From assembly GCA_951406725.2 (NCBI GenBank), contig OX597815.1:161448001-161512000 (forward strand): DNA of 64,000 bases, in the 5' to 3' direction. Source of the DNA: Octopus vulgaris. Its lineage: Eukaryota. Below are positions 1-13,018 of the stretch, piece by piece (positions within the stretch are counted from its first letter, which is position 1; each line of letters opens with the position of its first letter). A program made the translations under genes and the position numbers. The notes beneath the pieces are model-generated. The model worked only from the letters and a program-made list of their open reading frames with translations, ran no database searches and was not told the origin of the DNA.

Positions 1-329
1 ACGGAACCATGTGAAGCAAGCTTCTTGAAACACGTTTGCGTATTGCTTATTCCAGTACTTCAAAGTTGTGTGTAGATGTTATATCTGTGTGAGGTAAGCA
101 TAATACTTGAAAAATATTGGAATTTTTTTTTTTTTTTTGGTAATTACATATCAAAATAGGAAACTGGCAAAAGATCTTTGGTGTTATTTATTCACCATTA
201 CACATGTTTCATTTGCAAATAGGAGTTACATGTAGGAGAAACATAAGCTATCTGTTATCAGAAATTATATAAAATCAAATAATAATAATGTTATTCTCTG
301 TCTGAAGAGGGAGGTTTAGGTAGAGATAA

Positions 330-1005
330 TACCTTAGTTTCCCACAGCATCGCCCTTAAAGGTGCAGGGGTACACTGGTTCTCAGTAGAAGCAGTTACCA
401 CATGCTGGTAACTGCTTCTACTGGCAAGCTTGGTGAGAGACTGTGCACCAGCAAGCATTTCTAAGACCCACTAAAATGCCATAATAGACACACAAACAAA
501 ACTTAATATGCCAGATTGGTCAAGGCCTGGAAAACCAACAGCAACATTTTCCACTGCAGTTACCTTGGGAGGAGGTGAACAATGTGCAACTGGGTTGGTG
601 ATAACAACAGTGAAAACACACTGATTACCTTCAGCCTTCCCAGAGACAATACAGTCTTTGGGATGTGGAACATCCACACTCTGTATGCTTTGTGGAGATG
701 TGAAAGAACCTACTCATGGACTTGATGGCTGGGCCTGGGATATCCTAGGGCTGGCTAAAGTCAGGTGGACAGGATTTGGTGAGACAACAACAGATGAAAG
801 CCACAAACTGTGGTACAGCAGAGATGACACCAAACATGAACATGGAATAGGCTTCATTGTTATAGCTAGAGTAAGCTCAGTCACCAGTTGTACACCAGTA
901 TCCAGCTGGCTTATCACCTTACATATGCCTGCAAGACCACAGAATATATCCATCATAGAAGTTTATGCACCAATGCTTGAATATGATGATGATAAAATGA
1001 AATAA
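330..1005 (+). mobile_element. RTE-type LINE 5' remnant encoding a degenerate APE endonuclease fragment
   Basis: ORF 658-1005 reads WDILGLAKVRWTGFGE..HKLWYS..HEHGIGFIV..ISIIEVYAP, the N-terminal motifs of RTE-clade apurinic endonuclease; it stops at the insertion starting about 1008. Confidence 0.8.
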
Positions 1006-1066
1006 AAGTACATTATTTACATTATTTACATTCGATGGATATTTGTCTTCATCTTGTTTGTTGTTA

Positions 1067-1110
1067 ACACAATGTTTCGGCTGATATACCCGCCAGCCTT
1101 CTTCAGGTGC
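1067..1110 (-). ncRNA. Minimal type I hammerhead ribozyme motif
   Basis: Reverse complement GCAC-CTGAAGA-A-GGCTG-gcgggtatat-CAGCC-GAAA-CA-TT-GTGT: stem I, canonical core, 5-bp stem II; the stem III palindrome AACGTT appears CpG-decayed. Confidence 0.7.
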
Positions 1111-1316
1111 CCATGGGCATAGTGGTTAAGAGTGCAGGCTACTAACCCCAAGATTCCGAGTTCAATTCCAAGCAGTGACCTGAACAATAACAATAATAAT
1201 AGCAACAACAACAACAACAACAACAATAATAATAATTAATAATAATAATAATAATAATAACAATAACATCGAAAAATACTTTAGGAATGAGAACCCAGGT
1301 TCGAAAATTTCCCCAA

Positions 1317-1360
1317 GACACCTGAAGAAGGCTGGAGGGTATATCAGCTGAAATGTTTTA
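1317..1360 (+). ncRNA. Degenerate hammerhead motif (second arm of the same element)
   Basis: GACAC-CTGAAGA-AGGCTG-gagggtatat-CAGCT-GAAA-TG-TT; the 3' strand of stem I is deleted. Confidence 0.55.
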
Positions 1361-1706
1361 ACAACAAACAAGAGGAGGAAAAATATCCATCGAATGTAAA
1401 TAATGTAAATAATGTACATAATTTCTCATCTCTTAAATTTAGAACTGTAAAATAAAAGTACCAGTCAAGTACTTGAGTTAAAAGCCCCTCCTCCTAAATT
1501 GGTTTACCTCGGGCCAAACATTTGAAACATTTGTTTTAGCTTTGCTTTATTTTATACAAGTTGCAACCATGTCTCATCCAGATTTGTCAAGAGGTAAGAC
1601 TTTGCATCTAAAGATGGTAACAGGTAAGGTGTCATGCTGCTAAGAAAACTGAAGATTTTTTTTTTGTCTTAATTGCATGGCATCTCACTTGTTGGCATTT
1701 AGTATT

Positions 1707-1905
1707 AAGGTGGTGAGATGGCAGAATCCTTACTGCACCAGACAAAATGCTTAGAGGTATTGCTTCTGGAATCTTCTGAATGTTCTGAATTTAAATGTCT
1801 CTGAAGCTGACCTTGCCTTTCATCCTTTTGGGGGTTGATAAAATAAGTATCAGTTGAGCACTGGGTATTGATGTAATTAACTAGGCCCCTTCTCCAAAAT
1901 TTCAG
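1707..1905 (+). mobile_element. SINE family B copy (core GCCTTTCATCCTTTCGGGGTCGATAAAATAAGTACCAG, Meta-domain-like)
   Basis: Matches the many other copies in the window (2835-3045, 13950-14392, 18885-19075, 62360-62560 and others). Confidence 0.75.
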
Positions 1906-2553
1906 TAGAAAGGATTATCATTTTCATCACTAAGCTAGCAAACAAATATGTTAATCATTTTACCATAGCAACATAGTGACAAATAAGCTTGTCAAATGTC
2001 TCTTTTTAGTATGAACAGAAATATTATAAAACTAGTGGAAAGACAATTTACATTATTGATTACAGATGCTGATTACAATAAATACAGTTTACCAACGTCG
2101 AGGCTTAGATAAACAATGTTTTTTTTCCTACTGTTGGCTAGTTTGATGGATGGTCATCTGAGTAAAGCTTACTAATTGGAGGATATTTATTTTCTTCATA
2201 TCTCGACGACAATGACAATCAACTAACTGCACCTTTATTATTATTATTATTATTCTGCACTTAAAAGACAGACAGTGAAGAGAGTCGAATAATGAAATAT
2301 TAAACAACTGTTGCATATCATAGCAATCTATTCATATTGGTAAATTAATTTAGCAACACGATCCACTTGAAAAACAGAAAGTAAATTAATGCTAACATGT
2401 TTAATATAAGGAGTATTTAAAAAATTAGCTAGACATAAATATGCAATGCTAAAAACCACTAAAAGAACAATATTAGTCAATGAATAATACTTTTTCGAGT
2501 ATAAAGTAAAAACACTGGATATTTTGTGGTTTCATTCTGATCACCACATTAAG

Positions 2554-2820
2554 CATCATCATCATCATCATCATTTAACGTCCGCTTTCCATGCTAGCAT
2601 GGGTTGGATGATTTGACTGAGGTCTGGTGAACCAGACTCCAATCGGATCGGGCAGAGTTTCAACAACTGGATGCCCTTCTTAATGCCAACCACTCCGTGA
2701 GTGTAGTGGGTGCTTTTATGTGCCACTGGCATGAGGGCCAGTTTGGTGGTACTGGCAACGGCCATGCCCAAATGGTGCTTTTTATGTGCCACCTGCACAG
2801 GAGCCAGTCCAGCAGCACTG
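2554..2820 (-). mobile_element. SINE/LINE-tail family C copy ending in (GAT)n
   Basis: catcat..tttaacgtccgctttccatgctagcatgggttgga..ctggatgcccttc recurs at 4800-4967, 15922-16072, 19535-19700, 35140-35197 and 63375-63628. Confidence 0.75.
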
Positions 2821-2834
2821 TATTAGATATATTG

Positions 2835-3045
2835 TTTTCAAAGTTTGGCACAAGGCCAGATATTTTGGGGGAGGCTGCTAGTCAATTACATCAACACCAG
2901 TGTTCAACTGGTACTTAATTTATTGACCCTTGAAAGGTTGAAAGGCAAAGTCAACCTCGGTGGAATTTGAACCCAGAATATGCGTACTGACAAAATGCCA
3001 CTAAGCATTTTACCCAACATGCTAATGATTCTGCCAGTTCGCCAT
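2835..3045 (-). mobile_element. SINE family B copy
   Basis: ctggtacttaatttattgaccc..aaaggcaaagtcaacctcggtggaatttgaa core. Confidence 0.75.
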
Positions 3046-3225
3046 GTATTAGGTATATTGACACTAACTTACTAATTGTTTTCTATACGATGATGTCTCT
3101 CACATTATTTAATTTCTAAGAAATTCTATTTTCACATGCCGATAAATACACAATTTTATATATTTACTTAGTAATTCAATCATCACCATTTTAGCAAGTA
3201 TGTGGTGGTGGTGGGGGTGTTGTAC

Positions 3226-3265
3226 ATTGCTGAAGAGATCAGCATAAGAACAAAACATGCTTGGA
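3226..3265 (+). ncRNA. Degenerate hammerhead-like motif
   Basis: CTGAAGA-GATC-agcataa-GAAC-AAAA-CATG; it shares the agcataa loop and CATG palindrome with 50406 and 52476; G12 is lost (consistent with CpG decay). Confidence 0.4.
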
Positions 3266-3969
3266 GTCATCTCTTCTTGCTTTCTCTAAGATGAAATTAA
3301 TAATATTAGGCATAGCTATGTGATTTGGAACTTCACTTCATGACCATGTATTTCTAGATTTGATCTCACAGAGAAGCACTTTCCCTATCAAAGTCTTGGA
3401 TTGACGAAATCTCAATGAAAGAAATTTGGTCGATAGAAAGTAGGCATCCATACACAAACACATATGTTTAATTAAGCAAATATTTTATAACTCTTCTTGT
3501 GAAAAATCTGCTTCCAATCAGATCTCCTTAATCATCACTACTTTCTGTGTACAACTGCACATCATTTATTCTTAAATAATAAACTCACCTGAGAGAGGGA
3601 GGGGGAGAGGAAGACAGAGAGGGAGGAAGGGAGGGAGATGCAGCAGTGTGGTTAAAGATATGTGATCAATTTTATTAAAGAAGACCAGAAAATATGGGAG
3701 ATTGATACAAATGACGGATATAAAACTTTGGTAGTCATGAAAATTGATAGCATGAATGAAAGATGTGAGCTGAAGGAAGATGAAAAAGTCTTTTAGATTC
3801 ATAGATGATACATAGTTGGCTATATTAAGTTTATATTACTTTCACTGCATATAACAGGTCTTTATTCAGCTTGGCAATTATTCAGAATACTAGTGAATGC
3901 TTCTCACTGTTTTCCTGCATATCGGAGGAGACAAATCTTGTGTAAGTATGCAACTGGTATTGAACGCAT

Positions 3970-4009
3970 GCCATTGACAAAGCCTAAGAGGGCTGAAATG
4001 CGTTTAGTG
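3970..4009 (+). ncRNA. Hammerhead-like motif with U3/A8 core
   Basis: TTGACAA-AGCC-taagag-GGCT-GAAA-TGCG-TT; stem II is perfect and stem I is weak. Confidence 0.45.
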
Positions 4010-4182
4010 TTTTTACTAGCCATTGCTGGGACCATTTTAATCTCTTTCTGATATATTTTGTTTTTAAACATACCACGTCCATGAGAGGTGTCATCTCTGA
4101 ATGAATATTGCAGTAAATTTGCCTTTCAGTAATGTATCTACATTAAGTATGATATATAGATGGCTATATAGCAGTTAAACTC

Positions 4183-4563
4183 TTTATTCTTTACTTGTTT
4201 CAGTCATTTGGATGTGGCCATGCTGGAGCACCACCTTTAGTCGAACAAATTGACCCCAGGACTTATTCTTTGAAAGCTTAGTACTTATTCTATCGGTTTC
4301 TTTTGCCAAACTGCTAAGTTACGGGGACGTAAACACACCAGCATCGGTTGTCAAGCGATGTTGGGGGAGGGACAAACACAGACACACAAATATATACACA
4401 CACACATACATATACACGATGGGCTTCTTTCAGTTTCCATCTACTAAATCCACTCACAAGGCTATAGTAGAAGACACTTGCCCAAGTTCCCACACAGTGG
4501 GACTGAACCCGAAACCATGTGGTTGGTAAGCAAGCTACTTACCACACGGCTGCTCCTATGCCT
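4183..4563 (-). mobile_element. tRNA-derived SINE family A, near full length
   Basis: Head (reverse complement) gcagccgtgtggtaagtagcttgcttaccaaccacatggtttcgggttcagtccc, internal (CA/TA)n, tail gactgaaacaagtaaaaga; about 20 copies in the window. Confidence 0.85.
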
Positions 4564-4799
4564 ATACACTTAAACAGTCATAAAAACATTTTAATATAAC
4601 CATCTTCATGCTGAGTTAACTAGTTCTTGAATATAAAATATAAGAGCTAAAGAAAGGTAGTGTTATGAGGAAGAAATGAACAGCTGGAGCCACACTCACA
4701 TGGTTTGTCACCAAGAAGACAATGAAATGAGATGATAGAATAGTATGCTAAATGCTTTGCAGTATTTGGTTGTGTCACTCTATATTTTAAAATCACCCA

Positions 4800-4967
4800 C
4801 TACACTCTCGGAGTGGTTTGGCATTAGGAAGGGCATCCAGCTGTAGAAACACTGCCAGATCTGACTGGCCTGGTGCAGCCTTCGGGCTTGCCAGACCCCA
4901 GTTGAACCGTCCAACCCATGCTAGCATGGAAAGCGGACGTTAAACGATGATGATGATGATGATGATG
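4800..4967 (+). mobile_element. Family C copy (3' part)
   Basis: Nearly identical to 15922-16072; ends in (GAT)n. Confidence 0.8.
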
Positions 4968-5691
4968 AACTCTTCCAGGGATTGACTTTGCATTTTTAGT
5001 TAAAGGACCTCTCAATACCTTTAAGTAGACTACTTTATATTCATATACATTTTTGACAAGGAGACAGTTGACAGTGACTCTTAAATGCATGTTGAGTAGC
5101 CTTATCAAACTGTTTCTAAGATGAATCCTCAAATTTATTGTCAACTGCTTCCTTGTAACAATAATCAGTGAATAAATGTATGTGTGAATGTGAGAGACAG
5201 AGAGAGATAGCAAAAGAAAAAGAAACTAAACTTAGTATAGAAAAAAAAGCCCAGTTATTGCTTTATTTGTGCTTATAGTAAAAATATTTATTATTAATGT
5301 TATAATTAATCAGTGAAAGAGCAATACATGCCATCAAAGTGACACTGGGGTACAACTATGTGAAACCCAATATACTCATCATGACAACCCATCTGATAGG
5401 GGTACTCCAGGCACATGCATCACAACCATATGTGTGCAATGGCCCAGGAATGAAACTTGCTTAGTGGGTGCAAACTCAGGTCCAAAACTTTTTTTTCATT
5501 GTTAATATTAAAAAAATGCAGTTATAATCTTTTCCCCTCCTTTCTACTATAGGCACAAGGCCTGAAATTTGTATGGTGGGTGGATAGTCAATTACATTGA
5601 CTCCAATACTTGACTGGTACTTTATTTATTGACCCCCAAAAGGATTCTACCAGTTTACTGCCTTAAATACAGGTATAATAATAATTTTTAT

Positions 5692-6926
5692 TATAAAGGT
5701 CGGTTGAAAAGTTCATAGGCTGAGCAAGACATTCCAAATGAAGTTAATTTTTTTAACATAGTTCCTATTACTGTCCACACACTTCCATCAGTGATACAGT
5801 GCTCAGATAACATTGGTGAAGAAGCTATTCTGTTGGTCAAAAAAGTCATCAACAGCAGATAAGATGTTGCCATTGCTACAATACTGGTGCCCAGTCAAAT
5901 TTTTTTTTTTATGTTGGAAACAGATGATAGTCAGATGGAACGAAATCACTAAAATAGGGAGGGTGATCAACCAGTTCAAAGTCAGTCAGTCATGCACAAC
6001 AATCATTGAAACCAAGGACTTGTGTGCTGAAGCATTGTCCTGATGAAACAAGACCCTGTTCATCAGTTTTTTCTGAACGTTTGGTCTTGACAGCCTTTCA
6101 TAACTGTTGTAGCAAGTTGTCATAGAACTCTCCATTGATGGTGTGATCATTTTGAAGATAGTCAAAAACACAAAAACTAAGCCTATCACCTTCTCTGCAG
6201 ATGAAACGACCCTGCTTTCTTTGGAGCGATTGAAGATGAGTGTTTCCACTGCATGGATTGCCTCTTTGTTTCTGGTTGAAATTGATGAAGCCAATACACA
6301 TCTTAGGTTAGGAAATGTTCAAGGAAACGAGTTGGATCTGCCTCAAATAATGTCAGATATTCCCGTAATGTGATCAACGTGGTATGCTTTTGACCAGGTG
6401 TCAGAAGACATGACATCCATCAAGCATGAACTTTTGTCATATCAAGTCCCTTGTGCAGAATATTCTCAACCCTCTCACAGGATACACTAACAGCATTGGC
6501 TATTTGATTTATAGTCAGTCACCTGTTATCCATCAACTTGTGGTGAACACAATCAATGTTACTCTCGGTGGTGGTAGTTGTGGAATGTCCAGACCTTGAA
6601 TCATCTTCAAGACTCTTTCTTCCTCTCCTAAATTCAGCAGCCCAGTTTTGCACTGTTGATAAAGCTGGAGTGTTATCCTGTAATATAGCAACCATGTCAG
6701 TATGAAAGTATGAAAGTACAAGATAACACGGAGATGCTAAATTTAATCTATTTGCGAGAGAAGTTGCTACTAGTTACATTTGAAGTATTCTTTGAAAAGT
6801 CAGATGTCAGTTTACCCGAAAGAAAAGAATGCAGTCATTAATATGTAGAGTTGAATTGAATGCATGCAAGATTTCTAGCATCACTCCTTCATAGACAGTC
6901 TATGAGCTTTTCAACCCACCCTTGTA
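5692..6926 (-). mobile_element. Mariner element with TIRs and a disrupted transposase
   Basis: TIRs ggttgaaaagttcataggctg (about 5702) and cagtctatgagcttttcaacc (about 6896), TA-flanked; minus-strand fragments VLFHQDNASAHKS and DYLQNDHTINGEFY; frameshifted. Confidence 0.85.
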
Positions 6927-7059
6927 CTTATCAATTGAGCTGATTCATTTTTAAAATTGTTTAAGTTTCGCAACATGCCCTTGATGGTCCCTGTTTTAAT
7001 GTATTAAAAAGTTTTTAAAAGACGTACAAAAAATTATTATTTATATACTTCATTTATAA

Positions 7060-9290
7060 ATTAATTCAGTTCTTCAATCTTTCAGGGAAAATATGTTTAT
7101 TACATTGGAATAAAAATCTCTTTTAATCAATTGTTGAAGTAAATATTTTTCAATTGACATGAGAGCTAACTCTGAAAGTCTATTCTCTCCTACTGTATTT
7201 CTTTGATGAATTTTAATTTTTTTTCAATGCAGAAAAGACCCACTTTACAAAGGCAGTTGTAGACAGAATTGCCAAAATAAGGTTGCAAAGATTTAAGAGT
7301 TCTGGCATAGCTTCAATCAGATCATTGATGTAAATGTAATGCATTAAATTACCTGCACTTTGCTTTTTAAAATCTTGTATAGAATACGAAGCAATTAGTT
7401 CACTCTGTACTCATATTATGTCAAAAAAAAAAAAGCTACCATAAGTGGTTTTTAAAGAATTTAAAGCATCCACTGGAAATCGTTTGCGATATTCTTCACC
7501 TGATGAAATTGAAAAGTTCTATGAATTTAAGTTCTTCTAAGGATGAGTATCGCATTCATAATTGGTCAGCTATTGTGTCAATAATTTTGTTATAGAGCAT
7601 TCTATGATATTGTTGGGGATCAATAGATTTATTTCTGGATCTCTTGATTTCAATTTCTGCATCGATTCCATATTTTCCCCCATAACTTATTATAAAATCA
7701 TTGAGTTTATTTTTGAGCAGGGTCCTAGTTTTATCTATTTGCTCTTTACAATATACTATGTCATGACTTTTAGTTTAAAGAATGTTAAATGAGACATCAT
7801 TGAAAGAAAATATATCACTAAATACTTCTAATAAAAATTAGAAATCAAGAGCTTTTAAATTATGCAAGAATCTAAAGCAGAATTTATTGTGGTCTCATCT
7901 CATGCTTCAGAATTTTCAATGAAGTCTTCAAAAAAGGATATGAAATTACAATTTTCTTTTATAGTAAGAACATGATGAGTATTTCCATTTAGTTCCTGTA
8001 GCTTTGGGAAATCTTTAACATGATATCTAATGCATTAGCCTTTTTAGGTGATTTCATAAAAAATGTACCCAATCCATTTATAGTAGAAAAACGATATCTT
8101 GATTCATTTTATAGCAGAGCATTCTTGTGAAAGAACTAAACTTAGGACATGAGCACAACAATGAATAAAGATTGCACATTCATATTTCTCTCTTACCTTT
8201 GAATACAACCCATTTAATTGTTCTGCCATAGTAGCAGCACCATCATAGATTTGAGCAATTAATTTGTTTCCAAACTTCCACATTTCAATGCATTTAAAAA
8301 TATGTTCAGATAAAACATTTGCTGGTCGATCTGCACTAACATCATTGAAACTGATAAATCATTCTTTAATAAAACAATCTTTTGTAACAATGTAAAACAG
8401 TTAACAGTTGTGAATAGTTCAGTACATTGGATGTTTCATCTATAAGAATAGCTATGAATTTTGCCTGTTTCAGTATATTTTCTGTTTCATCCAGAATAAC
8501 TTTCTGAACTGCATCAATCAAGTCATTTTGAATTCTGCTTGAAAGATCTGAGAATACAGAAATTGTATCAAGATGACTTACTCTTTTACTCTTTTACTCT
8601 TTTACTTGTTTCAGTCATTTGACTGCGGCCATGCTGGAGCACCGCCTTTAGTCGAGCAAATCGACCCCGGGACTTATTCTTTGTAAGCCCAGTACTTATT
8701 CTATCGGTCTCTTTTGCCGAACCGCTAAGTGACTTGCCAATTTTTCGTCATATTTACTGATTAAATATAAGAGTGCTTTATAATTTCCATGATTATTGGA
8801 TTTTTTGGACTCAAAATGACCCCAGAATAATAATTCCTGGCAACCAAGAAAAATAACTGCACTGATCTAATGCCACTGAATATATCTGTTTTTCTAACCT
8901 CTTATTATACTTTTGTATGCCCTGTTTTGTTTTTATATGCATGTAACTGTGAATATTCCCAAAAGTTTTAAGATCTATCAAAGATTTTATATGTCTTTCA
9001 GAACGTTCGTGTTTTAGCATGGCCATATGTAGATTACCTAAATCATCGTAACCATTATCACTCCAAACAGTTTTTTCTAAATTAAATAAAAAGCATGGCC
9101 AGCAGAATAACTTACTTTAGCACTTCCAGTTAACCATTTTTTTCTTTTCATATAGATTAGTCTAAAATTGTCGAATATATTTCTTGTTGGAACATCACAA
9201 ATTTGTTAATTCCAGCCTTGATCTGCCATCCTTTATAATCAATTGTTCTTTTTTTCTAAAAACTATTTTTCAAAAGTTCTATAACTCATC
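7060..9290 (-). pseudogene. hAT transposase pseudogene (ZMYM1/P52rIPK-like, TTF zinc finger, DUF4371-type region and dimerization domain)
   Basis: Hand-translated minus-strand blocks: FCWPCFLF..WSDNGYDDL..KHERSERH; SSRIQNDLIDAV..FIAILIDETSNV; AQIYDGAATM..IFIHCCAHVLSLVL; LAILSTTAFVKWVFSALKK; stops, frameshifts and a SINE insert. Confidence 0.85.
8579..8731 (-). mobile_element. 5'-truncated young SINE A copy inserted in the hAT transposase
   Basis: Tail (ctctttta)n plus consensus-like body retaining CpGs; flanked by tgactt on both sides. Confidence 0.8.
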
Positions 9291-9373
9291 TTTCAATCAT
9301 TTGGACTAATATTTCAAAAGAATTATATGCACGTGTGTGTATGTGTGTGTGTGTGTGTATTGAAAGCCAATTT

Positions 9374-9778
9374 GGAGTGGCTGTGTGATAAGTAGCTTGC
9401 TTACCAACCACATGGTTCCGGGTTCAGTCCCACTATGTGGCACCTTGGGCAAGTGTCTTCTACTATAGCCTTGGGCTAACCAAAGCCTTGTGAGTGGATT
9501 TGGTAGCCGGAAACTGAAAGAAGCCCGTTGTATATATGTATATATACATATATATGTATGTGTGTGTATATGTTTATGTGTCTGTGTTTGTCCCCCCAAC
9601 ATCGCTTGACAACCGATGCTGGTGTGTTTATGTCTCCGTAACTTAGCGGTTTGGCAAAAGAGACCAATAGAATAAGTACTAGGCTTACAAAGAATAAGTC
9701 CTGGGGCCAATTTACTCAACTAAAGGCGGTGCTTCAGCATGGTCACAGTCAAATGACTGAAACAAGTAAAAGAGTAAA
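9374..9778 (+). mobile_element. SINE family A copy
   Basis: Full head-to-tail match to 4183-4563. Confidence 0.85.
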
Positions 9779-10608
9779 TCAACAAAACCATGAAAGATTC
9801 TGGTCAAAAAGGAGAATTTGTAACTTACATGGGACAGATAATCCAAAAAAAAAGTCCAGCAATGTAACAATGAGCATTAAATATCAAAGAGAAAACAAAT
9901 AATTTTGACTGTTGACAAAATAAATAAATATTAGCCTGAATAGAAGAACCCATCTGACTGACAAAGAATTTTGAAAGGGCTTTTATTTTTAGACAGGTCA
10001 AATGGTCTAATGTTCAAATCCATTCAACCATGTGATCAATCTTTTGAGATGCCAGTTATAAAGAACTGACAAAATGTAGGGTATTGTGAGAGGTATTTGA
10101 AGATAAAAGGAGGTCATGTTGTTGTTGTTGTTGCCACATACTTTTGAATTTGATGCTGCTTTAGTTTAGAAGCAGGTCATAAATTCTCTTGGGAATTTTA
10201 CAGCCAGCTTCAGCTATTTTCAAAAAATTTATTTTTGTCCTTTGTTTTTGTTTTGAAAAGAAATCTAACTTGAAGTAACTTTTACAGATCAATTTTTAGA
10301 TATTATTTTCTGAACCTGGCAAAGGTATATAGGGGATGCAAACTTTGATTTTGCACTACATAAAAATTCTAGGGGGTGCAAGTGCATCCCTTTTCCTGGG
10401 TTATTATTGTTATTATTATTTATTAAAAAATTATTTGTTTATGTAAATGTATGTGTTTGATGAAGAGAGCTCCCAACATTATTTCTAGAATATCTCTAAT
10501 TGATAACAATTTTGTTCATTCCACTGACAAAAGACTCTAAGATTTGTCTATTTGCTCTGTTACCTGGGCTGGAAAACAAAAAGATCTGTCTTTAACATTG
10601 CTCTAAAT

Positions 10609-10941
10609 GTAGGCACAGGAGTGGTTGTGAGGTAAGTAGCTTGCTTATCAACCACATGAGGAGATTTGGTAGACAGAAACTAAAAGAAGCCCGTCGTATA
10701 TATGTATATATATATACATGTGTGTGTGTACATGTTTGTGTATCTGTGTTTGTCCCCCCCAATATCGCTTGACAACTGATGCTGGTGTGTTTACATCCCT
10801 GTAACTTAGTGGTTCGGCAAAAAAGACCAATAGAATAAGTTCTAGGCTTACAAAGAATAAGTCCTGGGGTCGATTTGCTCGGCTAAAGGTGGTGATCCAG
10901 CATAGCCGCAGTCAAATGATTGGAACAAGTAAAAGAGTAAA
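10609..10941 (+). mobile_element. SINE family A copy (internally deleted)
   Basis: Head, microsatellite and tail match family A. Confidence 0.8.
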
Positions 10942-11389
10942 TCCCAATCTGCATTGTTGTTTGCACTTTAAACTTGTAGCTGAGGTGCTAGTAATAGTAG
11001 TTGTTGCAACCTCAATATTTGACAAAAATGTCAAGACAGATTTAGAATGAAATACAAAATAATTTGCCATTTCAAAAGGCAGAAATAGTCTCAAATAAAA
11101 TTTGATAGAAACTCACCCTTTAGTTTATAATATATTTGAGTTTGTACTTTCACTTAGTATGGTTTTGGTCAATGTTTTGGTTTGAATTTTCAACTTTACA
11201 TATACCAAAAAACATTTCTTTTAATTTCCATTTTCCTTTCATTTCATTTATTTGATGATTAGGTACACCACACACTAACATTCTAACTCTAACATTCAAG
11301 AATTGCATTTCATATTTAAAATTTTTTTCTTTGTTCTTTAATCTTTTTCATTTTTCTTTTTCTTTTTTTTTTTTTTCTTTTTTCCTTTT

Positions 11390-11762
11390 TACAGTCATTG
11401 GACTGCAGCCTCACTGGCACCATATTTTGTTGGGTTTAGTCAGACAAATTGATCTCAGTACTTCTTTTTCTAAACCTGGTTCTTATTCTAGTGGCTATAT
11501 TTGCTGAATTGCTAAGTTACAGAAATGAAAGAAAATCAAGGTTGATTGTCAAGCAGTTGGGGTAACAAACACAGCACAATCATACACATACACATGCACA
11601 CACACATACACACACATGTATGTGCACGCATGCACACACACATACACACACATGTATGTGCACGCACACACACACACACACACAACAGGCTTCTGCACAG
11701 TTTTCATCTGACAAATTCACTCATAAGACGTTGGTTAATCTTGAGCTATAGTAGAAGACTTC
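11390..11762 (-). mobile_element. Old SINE family A copy
   Basis: Diverged match to family A with an internal (CA)n tract. Confidence 0.65.
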
Positions 11763-11769
11763 TAGTGCA

Positions 11770-12481
11770 ACGTTTTGAAGTGTTTGAAGGAAGATATTCC
11801 GTGAAAGTAACCGGCTCTTGATAAATTTGATTCTTCATGATGACAATGCCTCCTGGCACCGACCTCTCCTCATTCATGAGTTTCTTGCCAAAAACAACAT
11901 GGTATCACTTCCATACCTGCCCTATTCACCAGATTTAGAACCTGCAGACTTTCATCTCTTCCCCAAGATGAAAAGGCAGCTCAAAGGTAATCATTTTAAC
12001 ACTGGTGTATGTGGGAGATTTGAAGTAAGACACCTACCTTCTCTTTGTCGATGCACCCTTCTACGTGGCCTAACCTGAACGCTAAAAATAGCAGCTGCTT
12101 TTCCCTCACCTTGTCGAAGCACTCACATGTCCAGCACTCTCAGCTACCCCAATCGAAAAGGCCCCATCTTCCCCTGCCTGCGCACGCGTCACTCCTGCAC
12201 CCTTCCTCTTCCGGCCAGCTCCCAAGTTCTGGTCAGCTGCCCAGCTGCTGACATCATCCCACAAAAACCATTGTTAAGATCCAGAGAAAATCCCAGAACA
12301 TCCTTGACTTTTTTATGGAAAACAACTTCTAGGCCAAATTCCAAAAGTGCCAGGAAACTGGGACCAGTGTATTGCTGTGCAAGGTAGCTATTTCAAAGAA
12401 GATGGTGCTAAAACTTAGGTAAAAAAAGTTATTTTATATTGAACATAACCAGACCAGGAACTCTTTGATACCTCATTGTAT
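11770..12481 (+). mobile_element. Mariner transposase 3' remnant interrupted by a solo LTR
   Basis: LHDDNASWH..LPYLPYSPDLEPADFHLFPKMKRQLKG is the mariner catalytic motif region. Confidence 0.85.
12003..12263 (+). mobile_element. Solo LTR-like insertion (copy 1)
   Basis: TG..CCCACA ends; homologous to the reverse complement of 48947-49212; flanks aacac/aaaac (imperfect 5-bp TSD). Confidence 0.65.
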
Positions 12482-12937
12482 TAACATAATTTCCATTTGC
12501 TTAGTGACTCATGAAACTAATTTTCCATATCAGCAAAGGGACAATTGCATTATTTTTATTCAAATGCGATATTCCATACAAATACAATAGAAGGAGTCAT
12601 AATTTTTTTACTGCAGTGAAGAAAGCAGTGAAAGGCAGCTTAAAAACTATTTAAAGAGAATTTTACATAACTAATAAGAGAATTACTTGTTAATAACTGA
12701 TCTTTAATCATTATTTTAGAATGGAATACAGATAGCACCAGGTGTTTTCAAAATTTACATACATTGGAGTATTGCATTTAAATTGGAAAAATGTATTACA
12801 AAAACTGGAAAAAAAAAATTTACTTATGTATCTGCAAATGTTCATAGTTTCTTTACAAATATTTTAGATTATTGCACTGAGAAAGTAAGGTAAAGATATA
12901 TTAAAATACATCCTCCCAAATTATTTTCTTATATATC

Positions 12938-12938
<1 letters not shown>

Positions 12939-13018
<80 letters not shown>

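Larger units (their letters stand above)
1008..1450 (+). mobile_element. Composite repeat: tRNA-like head, (AAT/AAC)n, HHR-bearing PLE-like tail, preceded by an inverted copy of the tail
   Basis: 1008-1109 is the reverse complement of about 1319-1419; A-box-like TGGGCATAGTGG (1114-1125) and B-box GTTCAATTCC (1160-1169); CTGAAGA..GAAA motif in both arms. Confidence 0.7.

Noticed and set aside
12860-12900. Possible microexon (ttttag..gtaag), and similar AG/GT pairs at 13600, 20035 and 60795
   Set aside because: Such signals are expected by chance in AT-rich DNA; several have stops, and none can be supported without transcripts.
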